64,000 nucleotides of DNA from the human T2T-CHM13v2.0 reference genome, Homo sapiens. The notes beneath the pieces were generated by a model, which saw only the letters and a program-made list of their open reading frames with translations, did not search any database and was not told the origin of the DNA. The position numbers and the translations under genes were made by a program. Below, one piece after another: positions 1 to 15,097 of this stretch. Each line of letters starts with the position of its first letter. The stretch's first letter is position 1. Where the stretch lies: NCBI RefSeq assembly GCF_009914755.1, contig NC_060931.1, one strand, 5' to 3'.

Positions 1-233
1 CTGGGGTTCATCCTGGGAGAGGACTCAAGGCCCCTTGCCCAGTCCCTCTGGCTTGACTGGGTCAGACCCCCATGCCCGTGCTGGGAGCAGAGCCAGGGAT
101 ACTGAGGCAGGAGCAGATGCGGGACTTATCTTGGGTGGGTTGTGGGAGCCTAGGGTGGAGAGGGGGCTCCGTTTTAGTGACTTGTCTTAGAAGGGACAGG
201 ACAATGTCTAAGATTTCTTTTAAAATCTTTTTG

Positions 234-868
<635 letters not shown>

Positions 869-2441
869 TTACCCCAGCCACAAAGAATTGCCTGTAATAT
901 CAAACTGACCCCCAACTTAGGAAAACATACAGTGAGGTTCATGTCAGAAACATTTCAGCGTGTGCTTGGTGACCTGTGCCTCCCCGGGTCACTCCAGTCG
1001 AGTTGCTCCTGCAGACTTGGGGATCTTGCAGGACTCCAGCATCCCCTCTTGGCCTTTTTATTTCCCCCACCTGGTTAATCCGAGTCCTCTTGGTCTGTGT
1101 TGTCCTGCCGACACCACTCCCTCCGTGCTCACCTGTGTCCTGACTGCCAATGTATTTACTGAACAGGCCTCTCACAGCAGCCACAGCTCTGGCCAGGCCT
1201 GTGGGGCCTGTAGAACAGGCCTGGGGCCTGCCAGTGTCCACAGCAGCCTGAATTCCCAAGCCCCACTATGGGTTAGCCGCTTGGGTGTGGGGCTTTTCCC
1301 CTATAGTGCAACTGACTTCATAGGTAATATGATCACATAGCTTTGTTCAAAAGCTATAAAAGGTTATGTAGGGAAAATGAAGCCTTCGGCACTCCAGCCC
1401 CTCCTGCCACTGCTGTGAGTTCACTCCCCTCCTCCTCCTCACACAGAGGGCAGCATCTATACATGCCCCCTCCAGGCTGCCTTTGTCGTCAGCATTTGTC
1501 TTTGACCCCTTTCTATACTTTTCATGTTCCTTGGCCACTAGCACCAGTTTCTTCTTTTGGACAGCAGCGTGGTATTCGGTAGCATGCTTCATGTGTTCTG
1601 CCTGGGCAGACTTTGTTTACTAAGTAACCCAAACTGCAGGATATTTCACACTGCCTGTCAGAAGCTTCCAGCCAACTCCCGGCTCCCTCTGTTGCCCCAG
1701 AACTCAGCGAACGTGCTGTGGAGAAAATGCATGTGGGGGTCCTCTGGTTTCCAGCCCTTCCTGGTCTGGAAGGGCTGGTCCCTGCCCTTCCAGCCTGTGG
1801 ACATTCAGAAGTTCTGAGGTTGCCCTCCCGCCCTGTGCCTGGGCCCAGAGTCGTCAGCAAATGCTGTCGGGAAAGAGAGTGGCAGCACTGTCTGCTTTAT
1901 TAGGAAGGGCTCTCCTCACTCTAGAGTTTCAGTCCATCTAGTTCCTGTTACTCGCACAGCTGTCACTGGAAATAGGATGTTTGCAGTGTGTTTAGTTCTT
2001 TCCTAGTTGAAATTGCATGCATGTTGGCCCGCCATGGCCCAGAGGCCAGGGGGCCTGTGTTGTTGCCCTGCTGTGAGTGGTGAAGGAAGTCTTAGCACAT
2101 TCCATCTGTGGGACCATCCCCTGTGCTGGGGACACAGGATGTGTCATCCCTCACGGTGGTGGCAGCTGGGTGTGCTGAGGAGGACTAGAGCCCACACCTG
2201 TGGCCAACGCCCTCATGACAGCCGCAGGCCAGGCTTCTATGTGGGTGGCCAGGACAGGCCAGGCTTCTTCCACGGCAGCCAAAGCAGGGCCGCGCCAGAG
2301 CCAGGACTGACACGTCCAGTGCTCTGTGCCCAGCACCCCTGTGACCCCCCTTCCCTGGACACAGCAGAAGACAGGGGGCTTCTGCAGTTTGCAGAGATTG
2401 AGCTACAGTCCCCCTCATCTGTGAATGTTTGATCTTCACAG

Positions 2442-2594
2442 GAAGCCCACCAGGAAGCTCCCCACTGCAGGGTCTGGAGAATTGTCTCAAGGAGATACCT
2501 GTGCCTGTGCTGCGGCCTGCCTGGCCCTGCTCCTCAGCAGCAGACAGGGGACCGAGGAGAGCAGAGCCCAGGAACTGGACAGCAGACAAGGAAG
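2442..2594 (+). CDS. KRBA1: KRBA1 internal coding exon (GSPPGSSPLQGLENCLKEIPVP...WTADKE), contains a KRBA1 repeat
   Basis: cttcacag|GA acceptor, GAAG|gtaata donor, 153 nt, phase 1-1; translation recognised as KRBA1. Confidence 0.92.
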
Positions 2595-3106
2595 GTAATA
2601 GTGGCTGCCGGGGCCCTGGGTGTAGACAGGGCTGCTCTGAGGATGCCCTAGGCGCTGCACCTGTGGGCTCAGATCTGCTCCTGAGCCAACATGGTGCTCT
2701 GGAAACAGACCTGGGCAGAGCCTTGTTGGAGGCCAGAAAGCCAGATAGTCTGCAGCACACACGTGTAGACCTGCTGGCACCTTAGTGCCACTGTCTGCGG
2801 TTCCACCATCCCAGCTGGAGCTGGCTCCTTGTGGCTGGGTGTCCTTGTCCCGGCCGTGCCAGCCCCACGAGCCTTGGTGTCTGGGCACCAGTCTCCAAGC
2901 CCAGGGGTCCACGCAGCTGGGTCTGGGAATAGAGATGTTCTGGAGGGTTCAGGCGCTCCCTGGAACATGACAGATGGGTGTTTCCCACACCTGATGCTGG
3001 TGTGCCTGAGAGCCCAGCAATGGCAGAAACTGTTCCCTGTCCCTTCTTCTGTGGCAGCATGAGGCCCCGTGGGGCTGACAGGCCTTCTGATTTCTCATTA
3101 AAACAG

Positions 3107-3289
3107 GACTGAGGGCTGAGGCCTGCGAGTCAGCCCGTCTCGGGCAGGGTAGGGGAGAAGCGCCCACCCGGAGCCTCCATCTGGTCAGCCCACAGGTGTT
3201 CACCTCCAGCTGCGTCCCCGCCTGCCACCAGCGGGGGTTCAAAGACCCTGGGGCCACCAGGCCAGGAGTGTGGAGGTGGCTCCCAGAGG
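3107..3289 (+). CDS. KRBA1: KRBA1 internal coding exon (GLRAEACESARLGQG...GVWRWLPE)
   Basis: aaaacag|GA acceptor, GAGG|gtgagc donor, 183 nt, phase 1-1, keeps frame with both neighbours. Confidence 0.9.
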
Positions 3290-4065
3290 GTGAGCTGGCA
3301 CCTGCCCTCGGTACTGACAGCCCCACTTCAGTTAAAGTGTTTGACAAGGAAATAGACTTCCCTCTCTGTCCCTCTGTTTCTTCCCCATCTCTCATCCTTT
3401 CCCCAGAGGACAGAAGCTGGTGCCAAACAGAAACTGAGGTTCGCTAAACAAGAAGATAAAGTGTCACAAAGTGCTGACAAGGAGCGGGGTCGGGAAGATC
3501 ATTGTTTGTGTCCATCCATTGGGTTTCTCCAGTGGAGAAGCTTCTTGAGGGGGCTCCTGCCGTCCACTGCTGCTGCTTGGTTTAACTTCCAGCAGAATTC
3601 CTTCCTAGATCTGCTGCAGGGCCTGCTGGGATGCCTTTGCTGAATAAATGCGGTTTTGCTGACCCTCCCATCAGACGAGGATGGGCCCTAACTGAGCCCC
3701 ACCCTTGGGCTGCTGGCCCCTGTGAGATACTGGGGTGCAGGGATGGCACCTGCCTGGTGGGAGAAGCCGCCTGGCCTGTGAGACCTAGGCCTGGCTAGAA
3801 CCTGACTGCTAATGGCTTCCAAGGACTGGAGACTTCCAGAAAGTTCCCCAGCAGACTTTCCAAAGCTGCTGGGGTCCTGGCCAGGCTCTGGCTTCACTTT
3901 TGTCCTCTTTCTCTGGCAAGAGAGGCAGCCATTTAGGGTCCACTAGAACGCATGCTGATCGTGGGCTGAGCTGAAAAGGGGACCGGTTCTGTGTGCCCAG
4001 ACACTAAGGCAGAGACCTGGCTCTCTTCAGGCTGATGACAGAGCACTCTCTGGTCCCCTGCCCAG

Positions 4066-4260
4066 GGTCTGCCCCCAAGCCCTCCCCGCTGCACTGCCTG
4101 GAGAGCGCCCTGAGGGGGATCTTGCCTGTAAGGCCCTTGCGCTTCGCCTGCGTGGGAGGCCCCAGCCCCAGCCCCAGCCCCGGCTCCAGCTCGAGCTTCA
4201 GCGGCTCTGAAGGAGAAGACCCGAGGCCAGAGCCTGAGCTCTGGAAGCCGCTCCCCCAGG
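4066..4260 (+). CDS. KRBA1: KRBA1 internal coding exon (GSAPKPSPLHCLESALRGIL...LWKPLPQ), contains a KRBA1 repeat
   Basis: cccag|GG acceptor, CAGG|gtgagc donor, 195 nt, phase 1-1. Confidence 0.92.
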
Positions 4261-4346
4261 GTGAGCCTGTGCGGAGAGGGAGGATAGCGGGATGTGTGCC
4301 AGGGCGCCAGTCACCACTCTGATGCCAGCTTTGTTTGTGACGTTAG

Positions 4347-4487
4347 AGAGGGACCGCCTTCCCAGCTGTAAGCCTCCTGTCCCTCTGTCCCCATGTCCTG
4401 GTGGGACCCCTGCTGGCAGCAGTGGCGGCAGCCCTGGTGAAGACCCCAGGAGAACAGAGCCCAGGTACTGCAGCGGCCTCGGTGCAG
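4347..4487 (+). CDS. KRBA1: KRBA1 internal coding exon (ERDRLPSCKPP...YCSGLGA)
   Basis: cgttag|AG acceptor after an 86-nt intron, GCAG|gtgagc donor, 141 nt, phase 1-1. Confidence 0.9.
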
Positions 4488-5590
4488 GTGAGCCTGGGGT
4501 CTCCTGAGGGGGCGCCCATGCGTTCCCCAGAGGACCAGGAGTCCAGACTGGATCCTTTGAGTCCTGCCTGTCGCTTTGCCTGGCTCTTGCCAGGGAGTCC
4601 TGCACATTGGCCGTGCTTTAGTTCCCTGTAAGGTGAGCTGTGTCCGAGAAGGAGGGCGGGGCTGCTGGGGGTGCTGGTGAGCAGCTGCAGGGAGGTCTGA
4701 GCCACTCACTTGATGCCACGTACACGGTGTTTGCGCTTGCTAATATACACGTGTGCATGTAGACAGATGTGGATGTATTTATACAATAATAGCGTATGCT
4801 TTTAAAACTTGGCAATCAATAACAAAAGTCTCAAAAGTGAGATTTCCCCAGCTGGGGGTACTTCTTGGAGAGTGTCCCATTAGGAAAGCTAGAATGCTGC
4901 CTATTGCCCCAGGCCACCTTGCTTCTCAATCTCACTGTGACCCACTGTTTGCTCCTAGCAGAAAAAGCAGATGGGACAGGAGACAGGTCCCAGTTGCCTG
5001 GGAGAAAAGAGAGTTTAGAGAGTACCTGCTGTCCTGGCCCCCTCAGGAGTGCTGGAGGACGAGGACGAGGAGGGAGAAGCAGTGGTAGAAGGAGGGAGAA
5101 GCAGGGGAGAAGGAGGAAGAGGCCAGAAATGGTCAGGGGAGGGAGCTCTCCCCAACTCCTGCAGCTGGCTCCATTTACAGGCATTGGCCCTGGTCTGTGT
5201 AGACCCAGGCTGCACCACATTCTTCACTCCGCAGTGGGCCTAGTGGAAAATGGCAGAGTGGGCTGGGTGTGGACCACAGGATGCCCCAGCACGCCCTTGG
5301 AAGTCTCACTGGGGCAGGACCCGCAGATGAGAGTCCTTTTTCCCAGCTGCCTCCCCAGCCGCCTCCTCCTGCCGGAGCCCCCTGCATACAGGGCAGGAAC
5401 ACCACACACACACGCACCGCGGCGGGCCCTGCCACCAGAATTAGGCTCCCTCATGGGCCAAGTTTCCGTCTTCTATCTCATTTAATCATTGTTTAAAAGT
5501 TGAGAGTTTGATATTGTTTTAGGGTATGTCAGAATGGCTCTGGCCAAACGATCGTCTCCCTGCCCCAAGGTCTCTGTGCTCTTTCTATAG

Positions 5591-5695
5591 GTACAGCTCA
5601 GGATCCCTGCCCGGTTTCTCAGCTGGAGAAAAGGCCCAGGGTTAGTGAAGCATCCAGAGGCCTGGAGCTTGGACATGGAAGACCCAGAGTTGCAG
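5591..5695 (+). CDS. KRBA1: KRBA1 internal coding exon (GTAQDPCPVSQLEKRPRV...GRPRVA)
   Basis: ctttctatag|GT acceptor, GCAG|gtgaac donor, 105 nt, phase 1-1. Confidence 0.9.
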
Positions 5696-7124
5696 GTGAA
5701 CTGGTGGCTTCCCCCATTCCCTCTGCACGGGCCAGGACCCAGAGCCCCAGCTTGGGGAAAACAGCCTTCCAGGGTCAGTGTTTGAGTGATGGGTAGGAAG
5801 TCTCACCTGTAATGCACTTCAGGTTGCATATTTCCTTTCAGTGTTTTATCACAGAAGCAGTTGGGATTTTCATAAAAGCAGACACACCTTTTAGAGGTGG
5901 AAATTGAGAAGTGAAGGATCAAAGTTTGGGGCTTGAGGGGACTTTAGAGAATAGGTGAGGAAACTGAGGCTAGGATGACCTGGCCATGGTCACTGTGAGA
6001 GGGTTGGCTCCATGTCACACACGTGCCCCTACGGACTCATGGTGGAGACATGCAGGGGGCCTGGCACCTAGTGCCCTGGGTCACTTGGGGACAGCCCCAC
6101 ACCAGGAACTTTGAGTGTGGCCTGCGGCAGGTTCTCTTACTGGCTCAGGGTGTTGGCTTCTGTCCAGGCGCCACCACTTTGCTGTGAGCTCTGAGCTGCC
6201 TGGGGCCACCGAGCCTTGCCTGTCCTCTGTAGAAGTCCTAGCTGGGGTCTCCAGGCCGAGATCCTTATTGATGAACTTGACCAAACAGCGGTTGGGTCCT
6301 TTAGCTACTCCAGTCTTCACTTTTTCCTCGGTTTAAAGCCCTGGAGGTGCCGAAAAGAGCAGGGCAGAGCCACAGCTGGGGGCCCAGAGAAACAGGGAAG
6401 AAACCATCTCTGCGCCCGGCCTGGGGCTGAACAGGTTAGGAATGGCAGGTGCCTGGCCAAGCCTTTCCTGTGGTTTGCCCAGGGTTGGGACCAATTCCAA
6501 GGGAATTTAGGGCGAAGGATTAGGTGATCTTTTTTTAAAAAAAACAAAAAGCTTATGACTCCTATGAATCTGTAACTTCTCAATAGGGAGAGTAAAAGCA
6601 GAAGGGGGTGGGAACCCTTGTGGTTTGCCTGTAACGAAGAGCACTGAGTTCTGGAGTGGCCCCAGGGTCACCCCACAAAAAATGCGCAGAAGGCCCTTGG
6701 CTTGCCTGGCCCTCCTGGCCCATCTCCTGGTGCTCCCACGGCCTTGGCCTCATGCTGTCTCGGGGGCTCTGGACCCTTCTCACTGACTCCTAGGGCAGGG
6801 TGCCATTTGGTCTCATCAACAACACAAAGACCCACCGATTCCTAGAAGGTGGGAAGACCGCAGTTTAGGAAAGCCTGGTTACCACGGAAACCCAACCTGT
6901 GGTTGATCCTGCCCATCAGTTTGGGGAACAGCCAGGAGACATAGCCAGTTTTCATGCCATAAGCATTGGCATCTGCGTTCTCAGGCCTCACCCACCTTCC
7001 TTCCTTTCTGGAAGCTGGGCCTTGGAGGAGGCAGAGTACTGAGCGCCCTTGGTTCATGGGACCTCTGGGGAGAGAAAGGTCCTTACAAACCAGGAACTCT
7101 GACCGGTCCTTGCTCTGGTTTTAG

Positions 7125-7966
7125 CCAAGACCCATGAGAGGCTGCTCCCCCAGGGCCCGCCTGAGCTGCCCAGTGAGTCTCCCCCTCCGGAGCTGCCCCC
7201 TCCGGAAGCTGCGCCTCCTGTGTTGCCAGCCTCCTCCCTGCAGCCGCCATGCCACTGTGGGAAGCCCCTGCAGCAGGAGCTGCACAGCCTCGGTGCTGCC
7301 CTTGCGGAGAAGCTGGATCGGCTCGCCACAGCGCTGGCAGGCCTGGCTCAGGAAGTGGCCACCATGAGGACCCAGGTGAATCGGCTGGGGAGGCGCCCCC
7401 AAGGCCCTGGGCCAATGGGCCAAGCTTCCTGGATGTGGACCCTCCCACGGGGACCTCGCTGGGCTCATGGCCCTGGTCACAGACATCTGCCCTACTGGAG
7501 GCAGAAGGGACCCACGAGGCCTAAACCAAAGATCCTGCGTGGCCAGGGAGAGAGCTGCAGGGCTGGTGACCTGCAAGGACTCTCCAGAGGGACCGCTCGC
7601 CGGGCACGTCCGCTGCCTCCAGACGCTCCCCCGGCAGAACCTCCTGGGCTCCACTGCAGCTCTTCCCAGCAGCTGCTGTCCTCTACACCCAGCTGCCATG
7701 CTGCGCCGCCTGCACACCCCCTCCTCGCACATACCGGGGGCCACCAGAGCCCCCTTCCCCCTTTAGTGCCTGCTGCCTTACCCCTGCAGGGAGCCTCTCC
7801 TCCTGCAGCCAGTGCAGATGCAGACGTGCCGACCTCAGGAGTGGCACCAGACGGGATCCCAGAGCGGCCCAAGGAGCCGAGCAGCCTGCTGGGAGGAGTG
7901 CAGAGGGCCCTCCAGGAAGAACTGTGGGGTGGGGAGCACAGGGACCCGAGATGGGGGGCGCATTGA
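7125..7966 (+). CDS. KRBA1: KRBA1 terminal coding exon (AKTHERLLPQ...coiled coil LQQELHSLGAALAEKLDRLATALAGLAQEVATMRTQVNRL...DPRWGAH*)
   Basis: ggttttag|CC acceptor; frame of ORF 7220..7966; TGA at 7964-7966. Confidence 0.93.
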
Positions 7967-8469
7967 TGGCATTCCTCTTCTCCACATCTGCTCGTTCTTG
8001 CCGAGGGTGCAGTGGTGGCGTGGAAGCCCTGTCACCCCACCCCAGGCCACCCTCTCCCAGAGGACGCCATCTCCCTTACTGTTGCTGGGAGCCTCGCCCT
8101 TTGTCCCAACTGGGTAGAGCCCCCAGGTGCTGTTTGCTCAGGAGGCTGCTGTGGGGGTGCCTTCCTCAGCCTCTGGCCCTCTTGGCTCAGATTCAATCAA
8201 ATGTTGCTTCCCTCTCCTGTCTTTCCCACTGGAGCCGCCCAAGCTTGTAGGTGGGTGGTGTGCATAGGCCACGTGTGCCCCACATATGCAGGGGGTGCCC
8301 CACACAGCTAGAGCGGCCAGGAGAGCGCCTCCTAACCACCAGCCGTTCCTGATCTCAGGAGCCTTGAAGGGCTGGGCTCTTGCCTTCCTGGAGTAAATAT
8401 TGGCACAGATTTCATTTGAGAGAACTCAGCCCCCTGGTCTAAGCTGGACTTACCTCTGTGGATTCTGAA

Positions 8470-8475
8470 ATTAAA
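8470..8475 (+). terminator. KRBA1: Probable KRBA1 polyadenylation signal (ATTAAA)
   Basis: ATTAAA variant hexamer ~500 nt downstream of the stop codon. Confidence 0.6.
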
Positions 8476-8659
8476 GAAGTGAGTTGCTAAGGAAGGCCCT
8501 GACTCCTATAGAAGGGAGGTCCATGTGGGCCCACGCTGGGGCGGGGCTGGTTGTGCCACCAGCACGCTGCCTCGTCTCCCAGACATCCTCGAGAACATTC
8601 AGGAGTGTGCCAGGAAGGGTGGGGCAATTCCCACAGGACTCCTGGGGCACACTCTGAGT

Positions 8660-9047
8660 CCCCTGGGGCTGCCTCACAGAGGAACCCTGCCTGGGCAGCT
8701 TCAACAGCAGCACATATTGTCTCTGTCCTGGAGGCCAGAAGTCTACAATCCAGGTGTCAGGTTCAGTTCCTGCTTTGGGCTGGGAGGGAGGATCGGTCCC
8801 GGACCTCTCCCCTTGACCTGTAGATGGCTGTCTTCCTGTTCAGATGGTGTTTTCTACACAGCTGTCTCCAGATTTCCCCTTCATATCAGGGCAGCAGTTG
8901 TATGGGGTTATGACCCACCCTAATGACTTCATTTTAACCTGATTACCTCTCTAAACACCCCCTCTCCAAGTGAGGTCACATTTGGAGGTACTGGAGGTTA
9001 GGCCTTCACCATACACATTTGGGGAGGGGCACAGTTCAGCCTGTAAC
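8660..9047 (-). mobile_element. MLT1-type (MaLR) solo LTR
   Basis: Diagnostic blocks CTGGAGGCCAGAAGTC, CACCCTAATGACTTCATTTTAAC, GAGGTACTGGAGGTTAGG and end ...CACAGTTCAGCCTGTAACA; left boundary approximate. Confidence 0.7.
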
Positions 9048-9302
9048 ACACCAAACGGGCTGGGCCAGTCTTCCTGGTTTTGTCTTGGGAAAAGACATGA
9101 CCAGGTATCACTAGCCCACTTCTGTCCTGGTTACCGGAATGTGCCTGCTCCCAGCCCGCTCAGCTGGCGCTTGGCAATGCGTTGGAACCAGCCTGCCTGT
9201 CATTCCCTTGCATCATCTTCCCAAGAGGCAGAATGCAACCTGTGTGCCCCCAAATCCCTTATTTGACCTGAGGTGGTTTCAGGACCTGTATGTGCACCTG
9301 TT

Positions 9303-9358
9303 GACTGGCAGGGCCAGCCTGGTGTGGACTGGCAGGGCCAGCCTGGTGTGGACTGGCA
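9303..9358. repeat. Perfect 24-bp tandem repeat (GACTGGCAGGGCCAGCCTGGTGTG) x2.3
   Basis: Read directly from sequence. Confidence 0.9.
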
Positions 9359-11290
9359 CACTTGGCCCTGTCCTCAGGTCCCTGAGGAGCCTGGGACACC
9401 AGCACTGTGGCCTGGGGCAATGCTGGCTGCCCACCATGACTACAGGAGCAGTGCCTTGTGGCTGCAGCGCCCAGTGTGTCCCTCAAGTCAGGGTCACTGG
9501 GGACACACTCGGGGCCTAAGTGCCCTGCAGCTGAGCTTGGGAGCTGAAGCCCTTGCTCTTTGCCACCCTGTAGAAGCAGCAGGGCAAGGACACCTGTCAG
9601 AGGGGAATGCCCGCAACAGACTGAACATCACAAAGGGATGGGAAGATGCTTTCAGGACTAGAGTGAGCCCCGAGGTGACTGTCTGGAAACAGATCCTAAG
9701 ACCATACAAGTAGGATGTTTGTTGAAATACGGAGGCTGTTCGCTCACAGCCGTGCTTGCACAGAATCAGGAAGGGAAAGTTTCTAGGTTGCTCCTGCCTG
9801 AGGAGCTCTCCTTGTAATAAGCAGGGAGCAGTGCCGGGCACGTTTCAGAGCCACGGCAAGGGGTGGGACACAGTTTCAGAGGGGGGTTGAGAAGCGAAAC
9901 TGCCCCTGCCCTGACTCTGGCTGTGAGGAGAGGACTCTTGCCCACCCCTGCTGCAGCTGGTGCAGTCCCATCCTGCCTGCCTGTCCTCCCATTCTCCTTT
10001 CCCTTCTAAGCAGGGGTCACTGGGCTGTCGACTCAATGGGAGGGGGGGTCACCTTACACTTCTGTGTGGCACATTAAGGTGGTTTTGCTTTGCTGGCTTC
10101 CGAAACAGCCACCACGCAAACCCTAGTTGACAGGCACGACTGAACAAATGAGCATGGTGGCTGTAAGTGACTGTCACAGTTAGGCAGCCTTCAACCAGCA
10201 GAGCTAGGAAGAGAGCTCGAGCCCTCACCAGTGCCGCCAGCACTCGGCGCATCCTCACCCTGGGCACAGATGCCCCCTCCCAGCCTTTGCCTGCTGGGAC
10301 AGACCAGGGTATTCAGGACTGAGCCTGGTCTAGGTGGTCCAGACCCAGTTGGACCATATAATAAGTTTAAAGTTGTTTTAAGAATGTGGATTCTAAGTAA
10401 TAAGTGGTAAGAAGTTCCATGGTCTGCAGCTGCGTTCCTCCTGCAGAAGCAGTTCCCTAGGTCTAGGTCTCCAGGACCTGTCCACAGTCACTGAAACGCC
10501 TTCTAGAATTGATCTAGTGGAAAATCTAGATGCAGTTTAGGTCTTTGGCACTGTGCCCATCTCCTTTAAGAACTGTGCAGTGTGGCTTGGAAGAGGAAAT
10601 GTGGTCCCTTTGATGGGAGAAACTGAAGGACCTTTTTGAACTCAAAGGAGCTCCAGGGTTTGGAATTGGGGGCAGAGAAGGCTCCAGGCTGCTCATTCCA
10701 TCCTGGGTGAGCCGAACGGGTCCTGGCTGATCTGAGTGCGACCTTCCCAGTCTGCCAGCCAGAGTCCCCCAGCAGGCAGGAACATGTGAAGGTTCCGCTT
10801 CAAAATATGAATGAATGGGCTCCTCGTGCCCCTATTATTTTCTGGCCACCCCCAGGGGTCCTGATGGAAGGGAGGCTGGCCTGCGGGGTGCAAGAACCAC
10901 GATTCACTGCTCCCCGCTGAAGGTGCTTGGTCAAGAGCAGCAGGCATGCTGTTAACCTTTGTGCGGGTTTGTGTTTTGGATGTGGCTCCTATGCACAACC
11001 TATGGATTTTATCTCATAAACCATCTTGACAGATTTTGCTCGTCAACTGGGAGCCCTTAATCCATTTAAATGTAATTGACTGACTGATTTATTGAGGCTT
11101 TAACAGACTTTCTTACTTTGTGCTTTTTGTTTGTCCCACCTCTTCCGAGGGGGCTTCTCTTCCCTGCCTTATTTTGTATTAACACTGTTGTGGGTTAAAA
11201 AAAAAATCCATTTTTTCCTCTGCTGGCCTCAAAATGTAAAGAACTAAAAGGAGAAACACCCAAATTCACAATCATATTTGGGAGGTTTTA

Positions 11291-11719
<429 letters not shown>

Positions 11720-11990
11720 TTAATATACATTCTCTTCAAGCATACACAGGACATTTACAAAAATTGACCATATATTAAGCCCTACAGTAAGTGTAAATAA
11801 ATTTAAAATATTGAAATTATATAGGGTATGTTCTCTGACAATACTTTTACCTTTTAAGCTAGAATTAAATAATAACCAGAAATTCTTATATATTCAAAAA
11901 TGAGAATTATGCTGCTAAAATAACCCATGTGTCAATGAAGAAATCATAATGGAAATTAAAAATGTTTCCCACCATGAAGGAAGTACCACA

Positions 11991-12414
<424 letters not shown>

Positions 12415-12889
12415 TCAAAATGTGTAGCATAAAGCAATATCAGTACTTAGAAATGTATAGACATGAGTATGTGGAAAAGGAAGGACAGAATTCACAAGGA
12501 GAAACAGAACAGCAAAGGAAATCCAAAGAAAAGTTAAAAAGGGCACACAAATATAAGAGCAGAAATTACTGAAATAGCATACATATAAATGATATAATCA
12601 ACAAAGCCAAAAATCATTTCTTTACAAAGCTAATAACATTGACTACTAGCCTGTGATGAAATCATCAATGAAAAAAGAAAGCACAAATAACCAGTCTCAG
12701 AATGAAAAAGGTGACATTACTGCAGATGCCGCAGGCTATAGAAAGACAATAAGATGATATTATAAGCAACTTTTTGCCAAAAGTTTGAAAATTCAATGAA
12801 AATAACTCCCATAAGAATGCAACTTAGACTCAAAAACAAAACAAAACAAAACCTGAATAGTCCCATACCATTGAAAAAAAAATGCATTA

Positions 12890-13284
<395 letters not shown>

Positions 13285-13734
13285 TCAATAATATACAAAC
13301 TATTCCAGAGAATGGAAAAATATGGGACACTCTCTGACTCGTTTTACGAGACTGGCATAATCTTGAAATTTCCAAAACTTGAGGACAGTACAAGAGAACA
13401 AAATTACAGGCTAATCTCAAAAAATGTACATAGGAAAAATACTCAACAAAATATTAGCCAAAGAGAATCTAGCAATACACAAAATGTTTTACTGAGTAAA
13501 ACATCATTACCCAGTTGGCTTCATCTTGTCGATCAAGAATGGTTTCAACGTTTGAAAATCACCAGTGGTAACCCACAATAATAGATTAAAGGGGAAAAGT
13601 CACATGATCATCTCAATAGCTGCAGAAAGATCACTTGATAAGAGCCAGCACCCATCAATATTCCAAGTGAACTGGGATGAGAAAGGAAATTTCTTAATTT
13701 GATGAGGATTATATACCAAAAAAAAGATGATAGC

Positions 13735-14092
13735 TGTATTAGCCTATTTTCATGGTGCTAATAAAGACAGACCCAAGACTGAGTAATTTATAAAGAAAAG
13801 AGGTTTAATGGACTCACAGTTCCACGTGGCTGAGGAGGCCTCACAATCATGGCGGAAGGTGAAGAAGGAACAAAGGCATGTCTTACATGGTGGCAGGCAA
13901 GAGACTGTAGGGGAACTGCCCTCTGTAAAACCATCAGATCTCATGAGACTTATTCACTATCATGAGAAAAGCAAGGGAAAAACCCACCCCCATGATTCAG
14001 TTACCTCCAACTGAGTCCCTTCCATAATGTGGGGATTATGGGAGCTACAATTCAAGATGAGATTTGGGTGGGGACACAGCCAAACCATATCA
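13735..14092 (-). mobile_element. THE1-family MaLR solo LTR
   Basis: Reverse complement starts TGATATGGTTTGGCTGTGTCCCCACCCAAATCTCATCTTGAATTGTAGCTCCC (THE1 5' end); TG...CA termini; 5-bp TSD ATAGC at 13730-13734 and 14093-14097. Confidence 0.9.
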
Positions 14093-14700
14093 ATAGCTAA
14101 TATGCTTAATGGTGACATATTGAAGTGTTAAAAACCAGTATACCAAAACTAAGTTATATTTACATATACCCACAGCCAACAGTTAGAAAGTATTACTTTA
14201 AAGATTTTATTTGTAGTAACAAAAAACTCAAGAGCCCAGGAATCAATCTAAAAAAGATTTATGTGGAGAGAACTATTGAGCACTTTTTGTGATTTCCTTG
14301 AAGCACAGAAATTAAGAAACTTGCTCAAAGCTACACAGTTGCTAGGTGAGTTTGAGCTGGGATTCTCTGGCTTCAGAGCTAAGGAAGGCCCCAAAACATG
14401 CAGGGCGAGAGGCACACTGAACTCTGGACCTTCCACATTAGATTCGTCAGTGTCTGAGGCAAATCAGGGAGGAAGAAATAGATTGTTATAAAAATTAGTA
14501 ATCTGCAGCATCTATTTGTGTGTTACTTTGTTGAATGTCTGCCCCCCACACCCACCAGCCCCCAACTGTAAGCTCTGTGGATGAGGCAAATACATATGGT
14601 ATATCTGGCATCAACACTGGATCAGCTACATAGTGGGGGTTCAATAAACCTGGATTGAATCTCTGAATAACACTCTTTTTTGGGTTTAAGACAGAGAGTG

Positions 14701-15097
<397 letters not shown>

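Noticed and set aside
4230-4245. Residues that may differ from reference proteins as I remember them (KRBA1 EPELWK, ZNF467 HQAAG, SSPO PWGRSW)
   Set aside because: Cannot verify without a database; at most common polymorphisms
9303-9358. 24-bp direct repeats (also 11-bp repeats at ~35692-35740 and a 22-bp duplication at ~21134-21180) as CRISPR-like or functional arrays
   Set aside because: Two to four adjacent copies with no unique spacers; ordinary slippage duplications in eukaryotic DNA
10049-10290. Minus-strand hydrophobic ORF (MRRVLAALVRARALFLALLVEGC...) with nearby splice-like motifs
   Set aside because: Short, no recognisable family and no partner exons; cannot be separated from chance
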